Source of the DNA: Bacteroidaceae bacterium
GTDB lineage: Bacteria; Bacteroidota; Bacteroidia; Bacteroidales; Bacteroidaceae
Assembly (NCBI GenBank): GCA_017548225.1
Contig: JAFYMV010000074.1
Span: forward strand, 1 to 29,464
Direction: 5' to 3'
DNA: 29,464 nt
This document shows, one piece after another, positions 9,065 through 18,717 of this stretch. Under the pieces are notes generated by a model that worked only from the letters and a program-made list of their open reading frames with translations, did no database searches and was not told where the DNA came from. The translations under genes were made by a program, and so were the position numbers. Each line of letters opens with the position of its first letter. Position 1 is the stretch's first letter.

Positions 9065-10029
9065 TGACAATGAATAACCAATGGTATCAGCATTACATTC
9101 TCTTGGGGAAAAAGGTGAGGGGATGTTGGCTTCTTTGTGCTCTTTTTATATTGGCTTCGTGCCAAAAGGAGGTTGAGCATGGAGGGAAGACACCATTGGT
9201 GCAGGTTGGCAGCCATTTTCTCTATCAAGAGGATATGAAAAGGTCACTGCCTTTGGGAATATCGGGTGCTGATAGTGTAGAATTTGTTCATAAATTTATC
9301 CGCAAGTGGATAGAGGAGCAGGTGCTCTATGAAAAGGCGGAGCATAATGTGCGTGGTGATGAGCGTATAGAGCGTATGGTAGCTGATTATCGTCGTACGC
9401 TTGTGCTGAATAGCTATGAACGAGAGTTGCTCCAACAAAAGTTGCCTGAAGAACTTCCTGAAGAGGATTTGCAAAGATATTACGATGAGAACAAGCAACT
9501 CTTCATACTTGAAGAACCTGTGATAAAGGGTGTCTTTATAAAAGCTCCGCTCACATCGGCAGGTTTGAAGGACCTTAAGAAATGGTATAAGGACAACTCT
9601 GATGAGTCGCTTGAGCAATTGGAAAAATATGCTTTCCGTAATGCTGTCCTGTACGAGTCTTTCTACGAACGCTGGGTACCTGTTTCGGAACTCGAGGGGA
9701 AGGTGATTGTCAATCTTTCAAAATTGGGAGAAGACTTTGAGAAATATCGGAATATTGAGGTCGAAGATGATGAGTATTGTTACTTGCTTCATGTTGATGA
9801 GTATGTAATGAAAGGAGAGGAGAAACCTTACGACCTTGCGCGACATGAAATCGTAGACTTGCTAGCCAATAATCGGAGGGTGGAGTTTATGGAGAGAGTG
9901 AAGAATGATTTGTATAATCAGTCCGTAGAAATGGGCAGAATTAAATATTACAGTAATGAGACAGTGCAAACTTTTGACGGCACTATGCGCAATGCTGATG
10001 ACAGCAATATCGCTGGTGGCACAAGATAA
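9064..10029 (+). CDS. Lipoprotein, SurA/PPIase-like chaperone family
   Basis: Lipobox FILASC; helical SurA-N-like region (ERMVADYRRTLVLNSYE). ATG at 9064 overlaps the upstream TGA (TGATG), so I prefer it to the TTG at 9061. Confidence 0.72.
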   Translation: MTMNNQWYQHYILLGKKVRGCWLLCALFILASCQKEVEHGGKTPLVQVGSHFLYQEDMKRSLPLGISGADSVEFVHKFIRKWIEEQVLYEKAEHNVRGDERIERMVADYRRTLVLNSYERELLQQKLPEELPEEDLQRYYDENKQLFILEEPVIKGVFIKAPLTSAGLKDLKKWYKDNSDESLEQLEKYAFRNAVLYESFYERWVPVSELEGKVIVNLSKLGEDFEKYRNIEVEDDEYCYLLHVDEYVMKGEEKPYDLARHEIVDLLANNRRVEFMERVKNDLYNQSVEMGRIKYYSNETVQTFDGTMRNADDSNIAGGTR

Positions 10030-11308
10030 TGTGATAGATGAGGTGCTTTGGGTTGTAGGTGATGAGGCCATCCTGAAATCTGATGTTGAGCAAGCCCGTC
10101 TATACTACATGATGCAAGGGAAATCAATAGAAGGCGAGCCTTATTGTGTTATTCCTGAGCAACTGGCGATACAGAAACTCTTTTTGCACCAAGCTGCAGT
10201 AGATAGTATTGAGGTTACCGAGCAGGAGGTCATCAATGCGGTAGAAAGCGAAATTAATCAGCGCATAGCCCAAATTGGCTCGCGTGAGAAAATGGAGGAG
10301 TATTATAGCAAAACTTCAACTCAAATTCGTGAGGAGTTGCGCGAGACTATGCGCAATCGCATGATTGTAGAGAGAATGCAGTATAAGTTGTTTGAGGATG
10401 TTAAGATTACTCCTTCCGAAGTGCGTCGCGGATATGCACAGATGAAGGAGGAGGAAATACCTTTTGTGCCTACCCAAGTGGAAGTGCAAATCATTACCCA
10501 ACAGCCCGAGATACCATTAGAGGAGATAGAACGCGTAAAGTCTGAACTACGCGAATATGCCGAGCGTGTGAATAGTGGTGATGCTCAGTTCTCTACATTG
10601 GCAGTGTTCTATTCGCAAGATGAAGGATCGGCACGACGCGGTGGCGAACTTGATTTCTTTGGTCGTGGTGAGATGGTGCCCGAGTTCTCGGCTGTGGCGT
10701 TTAATCTTACTGATCCGAACAAGGTTTCGAAGATTGTGGAGACAGAGTTTGGCTTCCATATCATTCAGCTCATTGAAAAGCGCGGTGATCGCATCCGTGC
10801 ACGCCATATCTTGCGTAAACCCGAGGTACCCGCTGAAAGTTTGAAGGCGTCGATGGCGAAGCTTGACTCGATAGCGGGAGATATTCGTAGTGGCAAGCAG
10901 ACATTTGAAGAGGCTGTTGCGCTATCCGCAGACAAGAATACGCGTAAGAATTTTGGCTTGATGAGCAATGAGATGACTCTGTCGTCTCGTTTCGAGTTGC
11001 AGGATTTACCGCAAGAGGTGGCAAGAACAGTCTATTCTATGGAGGTTGGTGAGATTTCGGCTCCCTTTGTCATGATTGATAAGCGCGGCAAAGAGGTGTG
11101 TGCCATTGTAAAACTAAAGAGTCGTATTGATGGACATAAAGCAACACCGACAGAGGATTTTCAGGTGGTGAAAGATGTTATCATCGCACAAATAAAAGAG
11201 AAGAAATTGGAAGAGTGGATCAAAGAAAAGCAAAAGACCACTTATGTGCGCATCAACGGCAATTGGTGCGACTGTGAATTCCAATATCCAGGTTGGGGAA
11301 AGAATTAA
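9956..11308 (+). CDS. surA: SurA-like periplasmic chaperone/PPIase
   Basis: Signal peptide then NVIDEVLWVVGDEAILKSDVE; rotamase motifs YSQDEGSARRGGEL and VETEFGFHIIQL, plus RARHILRKP. Confidence 0.85.
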   Translation: MRQCKLLTALCAMLMTAISLVAQDNVIDEVLWVVGDEAILKSDVEQARLYYMMQGKSIEGEPYCVIPEQLAIQKLFLHQAAVDSIEVTEQEVINAVESEINQRIAQIGSREKMEEYYSKTSTQIREELRETMRNRMIVERMQYKLFEDVKITPSEVRRGYAQMKEEEIPFVPTQVEVQIITQQPEIPLEEIERVKSELREYAERVNSGDAQFSTLAVFYSQDEGSARRGGELDFFGRGEMVPEFSAVAFNLTDPNKVSKIVETEFGFHIIQLIEKRGDRIRARHILRKPEVPAESLKASMAKLDSIAGDIRSGKQTFEEAVALSADKNTRKNFGLMSNEMTLSSRFELQDLPQEVARTVYSMEVGEISAPFVMIDKRGKEVCAIVKLKSRIDGHKATPTEDFQVVKDVIIAQIKEKKLEEWIKEKQKTTYVRINGNWCDCEFQYPGWGKN

Positions 11309-11310
11309 TC

Positions 11311-12996
11311 ATGCGCAGACAAATAGCGATATGGATGGCCATCATGGCGGTTTCCACCTCCTTGATGGCGCAATCGGTGCAGCAAGTTGCTGCACCGCAG
11401 CTTGTTATGTCTGAAGCGGTGGTGGACACCATGTTGGTGGCTCCTACCGATAGTACCAATGAACGCTATGTGTATCTGCTCCATGCAGATGAGACGCGAT
11501 ACAATCGAGCTATCAATTCCGAAGCGCAAATACTTGTAGGTGATGTGGTGTTTCGCCACGATAGTATGTATATGTACTGCGACAGTGCGCTCTTCTACGA
11601 AGCCAGTAACTCGCTTGATGCATATGGTAATGTGCGTATGAATCAGGGGGATACGCTATTTCTCTATGGCGACAGGTTGCATTACAATGGAGATGAGATG
11701 CTGGCTAAAGTGCGCGAGAATGTTGTGATGATAGATAAGGCGATGACCTTGACTACCGACAGCCTTAATTATGATCGCACGATTAATCTCGGGTACTACT
11801 TCAATTGGGGCACGGTAGAGGATACGCTCAATGTACTCACTTCGGAGTGGGGTGAATATGATACGCAAACCAACGATGCTGTATTCAATTACGAGGTAAC
11901 GCTTACCCATCCCAACTTTGTGCTCACTTCCGACACATTGCGCTACAATACCAAGACGCAGGTGGCTACCATTGTGGGGCCGTCAAATATAAATAGTGCT
12001 CGAAATCATATATATTCCACTTTGGGACGCTATAATACTGCCACAGAGCAGGCATTTTTGCTTAATCGCTCGGTGCTAACCAATGATGATAAGCGTCTGG
12101 TAGGCGATAGCATTTATTATGACCGTAATGGGGGGTATGGTGAAGCTTTTAATCATGTTGAAATGGATGATTTTAGTGGAAAAACTCGTCTTACGGGCGA
12201 CTATACCTATTATAATGAATTATCCGACTCTGCATTTGCCACTCGGCGTGCTGTAGCTATAGATTATTCGCAAGGTGATAGCATGTTTATTCATGGCGAT
12301 ACCTTGCGTCTGCTTTCCCGGTTCCCTGATACCGATTCGGTGTATCGCATCGTGCAGGCATATCGTAAGGTGCGTATCTACCGTGAAGATGTACAGGCGG
12401 TGTGCGATTCATTGGTCTTTAACTCGCTTGATTCGTGCATGACAATGTACTTTGACCCTGTAATATGGAATGGCTCGCAGCAAGTGTTAGGTGAGGTGAT
12501 ACGCGTATACCTCAATGATAGCACGGTAGAATGGGCGCATGTGGAAAATCAGGCTTTAATCGTAGAGCAGGTTGACACAAATAAATTCAATCAAATCGCA
12601 GGTCGCGATGTAAAAACTTACTTTGTGAATGGAAATATTGACAGGTCTGATATTACGGGTAATGTGATGGTGGTATACTATTACACCGAAGAGGGAGATA
12701 GTGTGGCTTTCGGGATGAACACGACGGAGTGTAGCTACCTGACTGCTTATATGAAAAACCGTCAGGTGGACAAGCTGTATATTAGGGAACAGTCTAATGG
12801 TGTGTTCTATCCCATTACTCAAATACCTCCAGGCAAAGATAAATTGTCCAATTTCGCCTGGCTTAATAAGTTGAGGCCTTTGAGCAAATATGATATCATG
12901 GTGTGGAGAGGTAAGAGTGAGGAACAAAAACTGAAGGTGGCGACACGCAGAGAGGTGCCATTGCCTTCACTGAAAGGATTAATAGACAAGGAATAA
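11311..12996 (+). CDS. OstA-like (LptA/LptD N-terminal beta-jellyroll) envelope protein
   Basis: Signal peptide from ATG 11311; repeated GDVVFRHDSMYMYCDSA, AYGNVRMNQGDTLFLYGD, TDSLNYD and GDSIYYDR beta-jellyroll motifs; syntenic with surA and mutL. Confidence 0.8.
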   Translation: MRRQIAIWMAIMAVSTSLMAQSVQQVAAPQLVMSEAVVDTMLVAPTDSTNERYVYLLHADETRYNRAINSEAQILVGDVVFRHDSMYMYCDSALFYEASNSLDAYGNVRMNQGDTLFLYGDRLHYNGDEMLAKVRENVVMIDKAMTLTTDSLNYDRTINLGYYFNWGTVEDTLNVLTSEWGEYDTQTNDAVFNYEVTLTHPNFVLTSDTLRYNTKTQVATIVGPSNINSARNHIYSTLGRYNTATEQAFLLNRSVLTNDDKRLVGDSIYYDRNGGYGEAFNHVEMDDFSGKTRLTGDYTYYNELSDSAFATRRAVAIDYSQGDSMFIHGDTLRLLSRFPDTDSVYRIVQAYRKVRIYREDVQAVCDSLVFNSLDSCMTMYFDPVIWNGSQQVLGEVIRVYLNDSTVEWAHVENQALIVEQVDTNKFNQIAGRDVKTYFVNGNIDRSDITGNVMVVYYYTEEGDSVAFGMNTTECSYLTAYMKNRQVDKLYIREQSNGVFYPITQIPPGKDKLSNFAWLNKLRPLSKYDIMVWRGKSEEQKLKVATRREVPLPSLKGLIDKE

Positions 12997-13003
12997 GATA
13001 AGC

Positions 13004-13285
13004 ATGGGATTCTTTAAACAACGCAAACCGAGGGGATTCAGTCATCAGTATATTTATGTCGATGAGCGTCGTGAGCGGCTGAAGGCGATGGAAGAGCGCG
13101 CGCGTCGTGAGCTGGGCATGGTGCCTGAAGCCGAGAAAACTACCGAAGAACGCATTCGTGGCAAGTTTGTAGAGCAGACTTCGCATTTGAAGCGTCAGCA
13201 AGAGAAGGGTAAGCCTTCTTCTTCAAAGTGGTTGATTATCATAGCAGTACTTTTGGTGGCATTGATTTATGCCTTGCTTAACTAA
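13004..13285 (+). CDS. Small conserved-type hypothetical protein with C-terminal membrane anchor
   Basis: FFKQRKPRGFSHQYIYVDER…, charged middle, hydrophobic C-terminus WLIIIAVLLVALIYALL; tight spacing between ostA and mutL. Confidence 0.7.
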   Translation: MGFFKQRKPRGFSHQYIYVDERRERLKAMEERARRELGMVPEAEKTTEERIRGKFVEQTSHLKRQQEKGKPSSSKWLIIIAVLLVALIYALLN

Positions 13286-13323
13286 ACGATATTATCATTC
13301 TGAAAACATAGTGAATATTCTTT

Positions 13324-15210
13324 ATGGCTGAAGATTTGATACATTTGCTTCCCGACTCGGTGGCCAATCAGATAGCTGCAGGTGAGGTGATACAACGCCC
13401 CGCGTCTGTAGTGAAGGAGTTGGTGGAAAACTCCGTTGATGCGGGAGCTACTACAATACAGGTGCGACTCACCGATGCGGGGCGTACCAACATACAAGTA
13501 ATAGATAATGGTAAGGGCATGTCGGAAACGGATGCCCGTATGGCTTTTGAGCGTCATGCCACATCAAAGATTAGGGAGTCTGCCGACTTGTTTGCCTTGT
13601 ATACTTTTGGCTTTCGAGGCGAAGCATTGCCCTCTATAGCCGCTGTTGCCCAAGTGGAATTGCGTACTCGTCGCGAAGAAGATGAATTGGGTACTGTCAT
13701 CCATATGGCGGGGTCTAAATTGGAATCGCAGGAGGTGGATATGTGTCCTGTGGGTACTAATTTCCAGGTGAAGAATCTTTTCTTCAATGTCCCCGCTCGT
13801 CGTAAGTTCTTAAAGTCCAATCAGACCGAACTTAACAATGTGCTGACGGAGTTGGAGCGTATTGCTTTGGTGAATCCGGAAATCGCTTTCTCGTTGTATC
13901 ACAATGAAGTGGAGTTGATGAATGTGCCGCAATCTGCCATGCGTCAGCGTATACAGCATTTGTTTGGCAAAAAACTTGGCCAGGAACTGCTCTCATTAGA
14001 GGTTGATACGACTCTGGTCAAAATAAATGGTTGTATTGGAGTTCCCGAGAGTGCTCGTAAGAAAGGCGCTCACTGCTTCTTCTTTGTCAATGGCCGATAT
14101 ATGCGCCATCCATATTTTCATAAAGCGGTGATGGAGGCATATGCGCATCTTATTCCTGTGACGGAACAAGTCCCTTATTTCTTGTATTTCACGGTAGATC
14201 CCTCACGAATAGATGTAAATATTCATCCTACAAAGACAGAGATAAAGTTCGAAGACGAGCAGGCCATTTGGCAAATCTTGATGGCTTCGGTGCGTGAAGT
14301 ATTGGGGCGCAGCAATATGGCTCCTACCATTGATTTCGATGTAGCCGATTGTCCTGATATTCCAGTTTTTACCAGTGGTGATACTTTGCCTCCTCCTCCG
14401 ATGCCCACAGTAGATACCAATTATAATCCATTCAAGCAAAGTGGCGGCTCGGAAGGGTATAAACGCCCCTCTACTCGCTGGGAGGATTTTTATAAGGGGG
14501 TAGAAGGCTCTTCAGTAGGGCGTGAGGTGAAGTTTGATGCTCCCTTCGAAGATAGTTTGCCTTGGGATGTTACCGGTGGAACGACAGGTGTTGATACTCA
14601 AAAGAGTGGACAGTTGTTTGTTGGGAATGAGGAAGAGGTGCAATGTGGTTGTTCTGACTGTTATCAGTACAAGGGACATTATGTTGTAACTTCGATGAAG
14701 TCAGGGATGGTGTTGATTGATCAGCATCGTGCACATGTGTGCATTCTTTTTGAGCGTTACCTAAAGCAGTTGGAAGAACAATCGGCAGTCTCGCAGGGTA
14801 TGCTTTTTCCGGAGATGATGGAACTCTCTATATCGCAGGCTGCATTTTTAGAGTCGCAGCTTGAAGATTTTGCTCGTTTGGGTTTTGATATTAGCAATAT
14901 GGGTGGTGGCTCGTTTGCTATACAGGGAATACCTGAAGGGATAGCGGGACTAAATCCCACGAAATTGGTCGCTGACATGCTCGCAGGTGCAATGGAAAAA
15001 GGGAGCATGTCAAAAGAAGATGTTCATCGCAGTATGGCATTAACAATGGCTCGCTCGGCAGCTTTGGTCGTGGGCGAGGTACTTTCTGCGGCAGAAATGG
15101 GTCGTTTGGTTGATGAGCTTTTTGCTTGTGAAATGCCCAGCTATACCCCTGACGGCAAGAAGACATTCGTTGTAGTTGAGGATGTGGAAATAGAGAAGAT
15201 GTTTCGCTGA
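13324..15210 (+). CDS. mutL: DNA mismatch repair endonuclease MutL
   Basis: [58 protein letters not shown] and C-terminal [12 protein letters not shown] motifs. Confidence 0.97.
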   Translation: MAEDLIHLLPDSVANQIAAGEVIQRPASVVKELVENSVDAGATTIQVRLTDAGRTNIQVIDNGKGMSETDARMAFERHATSKIRESADLFALYTFGFRGEALPSIAAVAQVELRTRREEDELGTVIHMAGSKLESQEVDMCPVGTNFQVKNLFFNVPARRKFLKSNQTELNNVLTELERIALVNPEIAFSLYHNEVELMNVPQSAMRQRIQHLFGKKLGQELLSLEVDTTLVKINGCIGVPESARKKGAHCFFFVNGRYMRHPYFHKAVMEAYAHLIPVTEQVPYFLYFTVDPSRIDVNIHPTKTEIKFEDEQAIWQILMASVREVLGRSNMAPTIDFDVADCPDIPVFTSGDTLPPPPMPTVDTNYNPFKQSGGSEGYKRPSTRWEDFYKGVEGSSVGREVKFDAPFEDSLPWDVTGGTTGVDTQKSGQLFVGNEEEVQCGCSDCYQYKGHYVVTSMKSGMVLIDQHRAHVCILFERYLKQLEEQSAVSQGMLFPEMMELSISQAAFLESQLEDFARLGFDISNMGGGSFAIQGIPEGIAGLNPTKLVADMLAGAMEKGSMSKEDVHRSMALTMARSAALVVGEVLSAAEMGRLVDELFACEMPSYTPDGKKTFVVVEDVEIEKMFR

Positions 15211-15287
15211 TTATTGAGTAAAACCGATAGAAAAAGCTTGTTAAAATCAATATTTCAGCGTTTTGAGCGTTTTTTTTACAAAAAAAC

Positions 15288-15318
15288 ATTGATGGGTTAA
15301 TTAAATTGTGTAACTTTG
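15288..15318 (+). promoter_or_regulatory. Promoter of first ompA
   Basis: ATTG (15288-15291, near-consensus -33), 19 nt, TAACTTTG (15311-15318). Confidence 0.65.
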
Positions 15319-15386
15319 CCCCATTAAAATGCCTTGTTGGCTTTAGTGATAGGAAAAAAGATTATAAACAATAAAAAAAGAAAAGT

Positions 15387-16463
15387 ATGAAAAAGATTTT
15401 GATGGCAATGGTTGTTGCCGTAGTTTCAATGGGCGCAATGGCGCAGACAGAGGACTACCCTGTGAAGAAGCATAGCGTGATGACCAATGGTTTCTGGGAG
15501 AACTGGTTTATCTCTGCAGGTGCCGGTGCACAGGTGAAGGTTGCTGCATTGGGCGAAACCGCAATGTTTGAGACTTTGACCCCTGATTTCACAGTTTCAC
15601 TTGGTAAGTGGTTTACTCCTGGCTTGGGTCTTCGTTTGCAGACTCATTTCCCTACTTTCAAGGACAATGCTGATGTGAAGAACTCTGTGTTTGCTCTTTA
15701 TGGTCAGACAATGTTTAACTTGACAAATATGTTCTGTGGTTACAAGCAAGATCGTCTTTACAATGCTATCCCTTACATTGGCTTTGGCCGTCTTTGGGGC
15801 GATGTTCTTGGATGGACACCTTGGACTGTAGGTTACCTCAGTACTTTCCGTTTGTCAAATTCTTGGACAATTGACTTGGATCTTTTCTTGAAGCAGTACA
15901 ATGCTATCCACAACTATCAGGGTCGTAACTGGCAGGCTGGTGCTACTGTTGGTTTTGCTTGGCACATTGGTGGTCGTGGTTTTGACGCTTCTCCCGATAT
16001 GGCAGCTGTTGCTGCTATGCATTCTGCGCAGCTCGCAGGTTTGAACGATGCGCTTTCTGCAGAGCAGGCAGAGAATACAAACCTCAAGGAGCAGTTGGCA
16101 AAGAAGCCCAAGGAAGTTATCGTAGAGAAAGTTGTTAAGGAAGTTCTTGCTGCACCCCAATCAGTATTCTTCTCATTCAACTCTGCAAAGATCGCTTCAA
16201 AGAAGGAGATCCTCAACCTCGAGTCTTTGGCAAACATGGCCAAGAACAATGGTGCTAAGTTGAAGATTACTGGTTATGCTGATAGCGCTACAGGTGTTCC
16301 TGCTTACAACCAGCAGCTTTCAGAGCGTCGTGCTCAGGCCGTTGCTAAGGAGCTCGTTAAGATGGGTGTACCTGAAGAGAATATCGTAATCGAGGCTAAG
16401 GGTGGTGTTGATGATATCAAGCCCGCTTCTTACAACCGCCGCGTAATCATCGAGGCTCTTTAA
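15387..16463 (+). CDS. OmpA-family major outer membrane protein (paralog 1)
   Basis: Signal peptide; FWENWFISAGAG/GKWFTPGLGLRLQ beta-barrel, coiled-coil linker, and OmpA_C domain (SVFFSFNSAKI, ITGYADSATG, YNQQLSERRAQAV, NRRVII). Codon usage suggests high expression (gct/ggt/aag/aac). Confidence 0.92.
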   Translation: MKKILMAMVVAVVSMGAMAQTEDYPVKKHSVMTNGFWENWFISAGAGAQVKVAALGETAMFETLTPDFTVSLGKWFTPGLGLRLQTHFPTFKDNADVKNSVFALYGQTMFNLTNMFCGYKQDRLYNAIPYIGFGRLWGDVLGWTPWTVGYLSTFRLSNSWTIDLDLFLKQYNAIHNYQGRNWQAGATVGFAWHIGGRGFDASPDMAAVAAMHSAQLAGLNDALSAEQAENTNLKEQLAKKPKEVIVEKVVKEVLAAPQSVFFSFNSAKIASKKEILNLESLANMAKNNGAKLKITGYADSATGVPAYNQQLSERRAQAVAKELVKMGVPEENIVIEAKGGVDDIKPASYNRRVIIEAL

Positions 16464-16490
16464 GAATCAGCTTCTATATCAATAGTATGG

Positions 16491-16519
16491 GAGGGTCGCA
16501 CATGCGGCCCTCTTTTTTT
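16491..16519 (+). terminator. Intrinsic terminator between the ompA paralogs
   Basis: GAGGGTCGC-ACAT-GCGGCCCTC followed by T7. Confidence 0.88.
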
Positions 16520-16633
16520 GTTAGGTGTGGTAGTTTGAGTTAATCTTCTCCGAGTGAAAACAAATCATTCTTTTTAGTGTTATTTCGGTGTATTAGATAT
16601 TTTATGGTAAACATAAACTAAAAACCTAACAGT

Positions 16634-17755
16634 ATGAAAAAAGTATTTTACCTAGCGGCTATGGCTGGTATGTTGTCAATCTCTACCGCCAACGCCCAAG
16701 TAACACGAGTAGTAGAAGTTGCTGAAGTGCCCGTCTCAAAGTATAGCGTGCAGACGAATAGCTTCTGGGACAACTGGTTTGTGTCATTAAACGCAGGTGC
16801 TCAATTCTCTTATCTTTCTCCTGCGGGCTCACAGGAGTTTAAGGATCGCATCACTTTCTCTGGTTTGGCATATGCTGGTAAGTGGTTTACTCCTGGCATG
16901 GGTATGCGCTTGGCATATAATGGAATGAGGTATCAAGGGTATAGTGACAAGCAGGACTATATGAATCTTCATATTGATGCCATGATGAACATTACCAATA
17001 TGTTGATGGGTTATGATGCAGAACGAATGTACAACTTGATCCCTTATATTGGTATGGGTGGTGTGCGTGTGTTTGATCTCAATAACTACTCTTTTGGCTT
17101 TAATGCGGGTATCTTGAATACATTCCGTTTGAATGATTCTTGGGCAATAAACCTTGAAATGTCTGCATTGCTCGCAGAGCAGGACATGGATGGTGTAGTT
17201 GGCTCTAAAAGAGGTTTTGACGATCTCTTCTCATTGACAGCTGGTATCACTTATAATATCGGTGGTGATACATGGAATAATACCCCTGACATCAGTGCGC
17301 TTGTTATGATGAATGCTGCAGAGATTGCAGCTTTGAACGAAGCTCTTGCGCAGGAGCAGTCAAATAACCGTGTTCTTCGCAATCAGCTTGCCCAAAAGCC
17401 CAAGGAGATTGTCAAAGAAACTGTAATCAATGATCACGCTTCGGCTCCTCAATCTGTATTCTTCTATCTCAACTCTACCAAGATGGTGTCGCAGGAGGAG
17501 CTTGTAAACCTTAAGGCTATTGCTGATATGGCAAAGCAAGACAATGTGAAGCTTCGCATCACAGGTTATGCCGACAGTGCTACTGGTAATGCCAAGTATA
17601 ACCAGACCTTGTCACTCAATCGTGCGCAGGCTATTGCCAATGAGTTGATCAAGATGGGCGTGAATAAGGCAAACTTGACTATCGAAGGTATGGGTGGCGT
17701 GTCAACATTGAATCCAGCGTCTTATAATCGTCGTGTAATTATCCAAACAATGTAA
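16634..17755 (+). CDS. OmpA-family outer membrane protein (paralog 2)
   Basis: Same architecture: FWDNWFVSLNAG, GKWFTPGMGMRL, ITGYADSATG, NQTLSLNRAQA, PASYNRRVII. Confidence 0.92.
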   Translation: MKKVFYLAAMAGMLSISTANAQVTRVVEVAEVPVSKYSVQTNSFWDNWFVSLNAGAQFSYLSPAGSQEFKDRITFSGLAYAGKWFTPGMGMRLAYNGMRYQGYSDKQDYMNLHIDAMMNITNMLMGYDAERMYNLIPYIGMGGVRVFDLNNYSFGFNAGILNTFRLNDSWAINLEMSALLAEQDMDGVVGSKRGFDDLFSLTAGITYNIGGDTWNNTPDISALVMMNAAEIAALNEALAQEQSNNRVLRNQLAQKPKEIVKETVINDHASAPQSVFFYLNSTKMVSQEELVNLKAIADMAKQDNVKLRITGYADSATGNAKYNQTLSLNRAQAIANELIKMGVNKANLTIEGMGGVSTLNPASYNRRVIIQTM

Positions 17756-17780
17756 TACGAGGTGTGTATTCTCGCTTGCT

Positions 17781-17814
17781 AGGAGGGGGCAAATGTCCTC
17801 TCCTTTCTGATTTT
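17781..17814 (+). terminator. Intrinsic terminator after second ompA
   Basis: AGGAGGGGGCA-AA-TGTCCTCTCCT with two G-U pairs, followed by a T-rich tail. Confidence 0.7.
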
Positions 17815-17867
17815 ATCTCCCAAAAACGAGAAAGTTTAATAAAAAATGAAAATATTTTTCGATTTTC

Positions 17868-17898
17868 TTTGCAGATATCAGAAAAAGCTGTACCTTTG
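17868..17898 (+). promoter_or_regulatory. Promoter of tRNA-Val pair
   Basis: TTTG (17868-17871), 19 nt, TACCTTTG (17891-17898). Confidence 0.85.
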
Positions 17899-17927
17899 CA
17901 CCGCTTTTCAGAACGATGAAGGCTTTC

Positions 17928-18002
17928 GGGCGTTTAGCTCAGCTGGTTCAGAGCATCTGCCTTACAAGCAGAGGGTCGGCGGTTCGAATCCGTCAACGCC
18001 CA
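17928..18002 (+). tRNA. tRNA-Val(TAC), copy 1; CCA not encoded
   Basis: GGGCGTT acceptor pairing with AACGCCC, D-arm AGCTCAGCTGGTTCAGAGC, anticodon arm TCTGC-CTTACAA-GCAGA, T-loop GTTCGAATC. Confidence 0.97.
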
Positions 18003-18053
18003 CAAAAAACTGAAACTTCATCGCGAAAGAGAAGAGTCGTTCTCGCGAATTTC

Positions 18054-18128
18054 GGGCGTTTAGCTCAGCTGGTTCAGAGCATCTGCCTTACAAGCAGAGG
18101 GTCGGCGGTTCGAATCCGTCAACGCCCA
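18054..18128 (+). tRNA. tRNA-Val(TAC), copy 2 (identical to copy 1)
   Basis: Same 75-nt sequence, 126 nt downstream. Confidence 0.97.
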
Positions 18129-18133
18129 CACAG

Positions 18134-18159
18134 AAGTCCACTGATAAGTGGACTTTTTT
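18134..18159 (+). terminator. Intrinsic terminator of tRNA pair
   Basis: AAGTCCACT-GATA-AGTGGACTT plus T-run. Confidence 0.85.
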
Positions 18160-18226
18160 CTTTATATACCTCTCGATAAGTCTTGTTTTCTGGTGCTCTT
18201 ACATGTCGAGAGAAAATTAGGATAAA

Positions 18227-18258
18227 TTTGCTTTTTTGTTTGCATATTCGTATCTTTG
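18227..18258 (+). promoter_or_regulatory. Promoter of DUF6078-like gene
   Basis: TTTG (18227-18230), 20 nt, TATCTTTG (18251-18258). Confidence 0.75.
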
Positions 18259-18277
18259 AAGATATAACTATACCACT

Positions 18278-18709
18278 ATGAATACTATTGACTCCACTCA
18301 AATGCCGCAGGGTTTTTCCTTGTGCATTCATGAAGCTTGCCCTCTGGCGGAGCAGTGCCTTCGTCGTATGGCGTGGGCGGCATTACCTGCCAGTGAGGAG
18401 CGTATTTGTATCATCAACCCCATGCTTGCTACGCCTAGCGAAGCGTGTCGATACTATCGCTCTATAGCTCCCGTAACCTATGCTCGTGGTTTTCGAGGCA
18501 TGCAGTCCCAAATGCTCCCTGCGCAATACGCAAGGTTTAGCGAGGCGCTGATGAAGCGTTTCTCGCGCTCGTCTTATTATGAGCACCGTCGCGGCACAAT
18601 GTTATGTTCGCCCAGCGATATAGCCTATATTCGTGATGTGTTGAGCGAACTTGGACTCTCGGGTCTAGAGTTTGATGCTTACGAAGAACACTATAATTGG
18701 AGCGATTGA
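18278..18709 (+). CDS. Small Cys-rich Bacteroidales protein, DUF6078-like
   Basis: PQGFSLCIHEACPLAEQCLR, CRYY, YARGFRGM, RSSYYEHRRG and terminal FDAYEEHYNW pattern, recognised from memory; it has its own promoter. Confidence 0.7.
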   Translation: MNTIDSTQMPQGFSLCIHEACPLAEQCLRRMAWAALPASEERICIINPMLATPSEACRYYRSIAPVTYARGFRGMQSQMLPAQYARFSEALMKRFSRSSYYEHRRGTMLCSPSDIAYIRDVLSELGLSGLEFDAYEEHYNWSD

Positions 18710-18717
18710 AACGATCG

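Noticed and set aside
15260-15292. T8-AC-A7 run upstream of ompA as a phase-variable or invertible promoter
   Set aside because: It is an ordinary AT-rich upstream element with no flanking invertase-type inverted repeats and no recombinase.
18010-18050. Weak hairpin (TCGCGA…TCGCGA) in the tRNA spacer as an ncRNA
   Set aside because: It is short and bulged, and is best explained as a precursor-processing spacer.
17924-18130. 81-bp perfect direct repeat with a spacer, superficially like CRISPR or attL/attR
   Set aside because: The repeats are two complete tRNA genes under one promoter and terminator; there are no cas genes or integrase.
17916-18179. 87-aa ORF with a repeated peptide FGRLAQLVQSICLTSRGSAVRIRQRP
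   Set aside because: It is an artefact of translating the two identical tRNA-Val genes.
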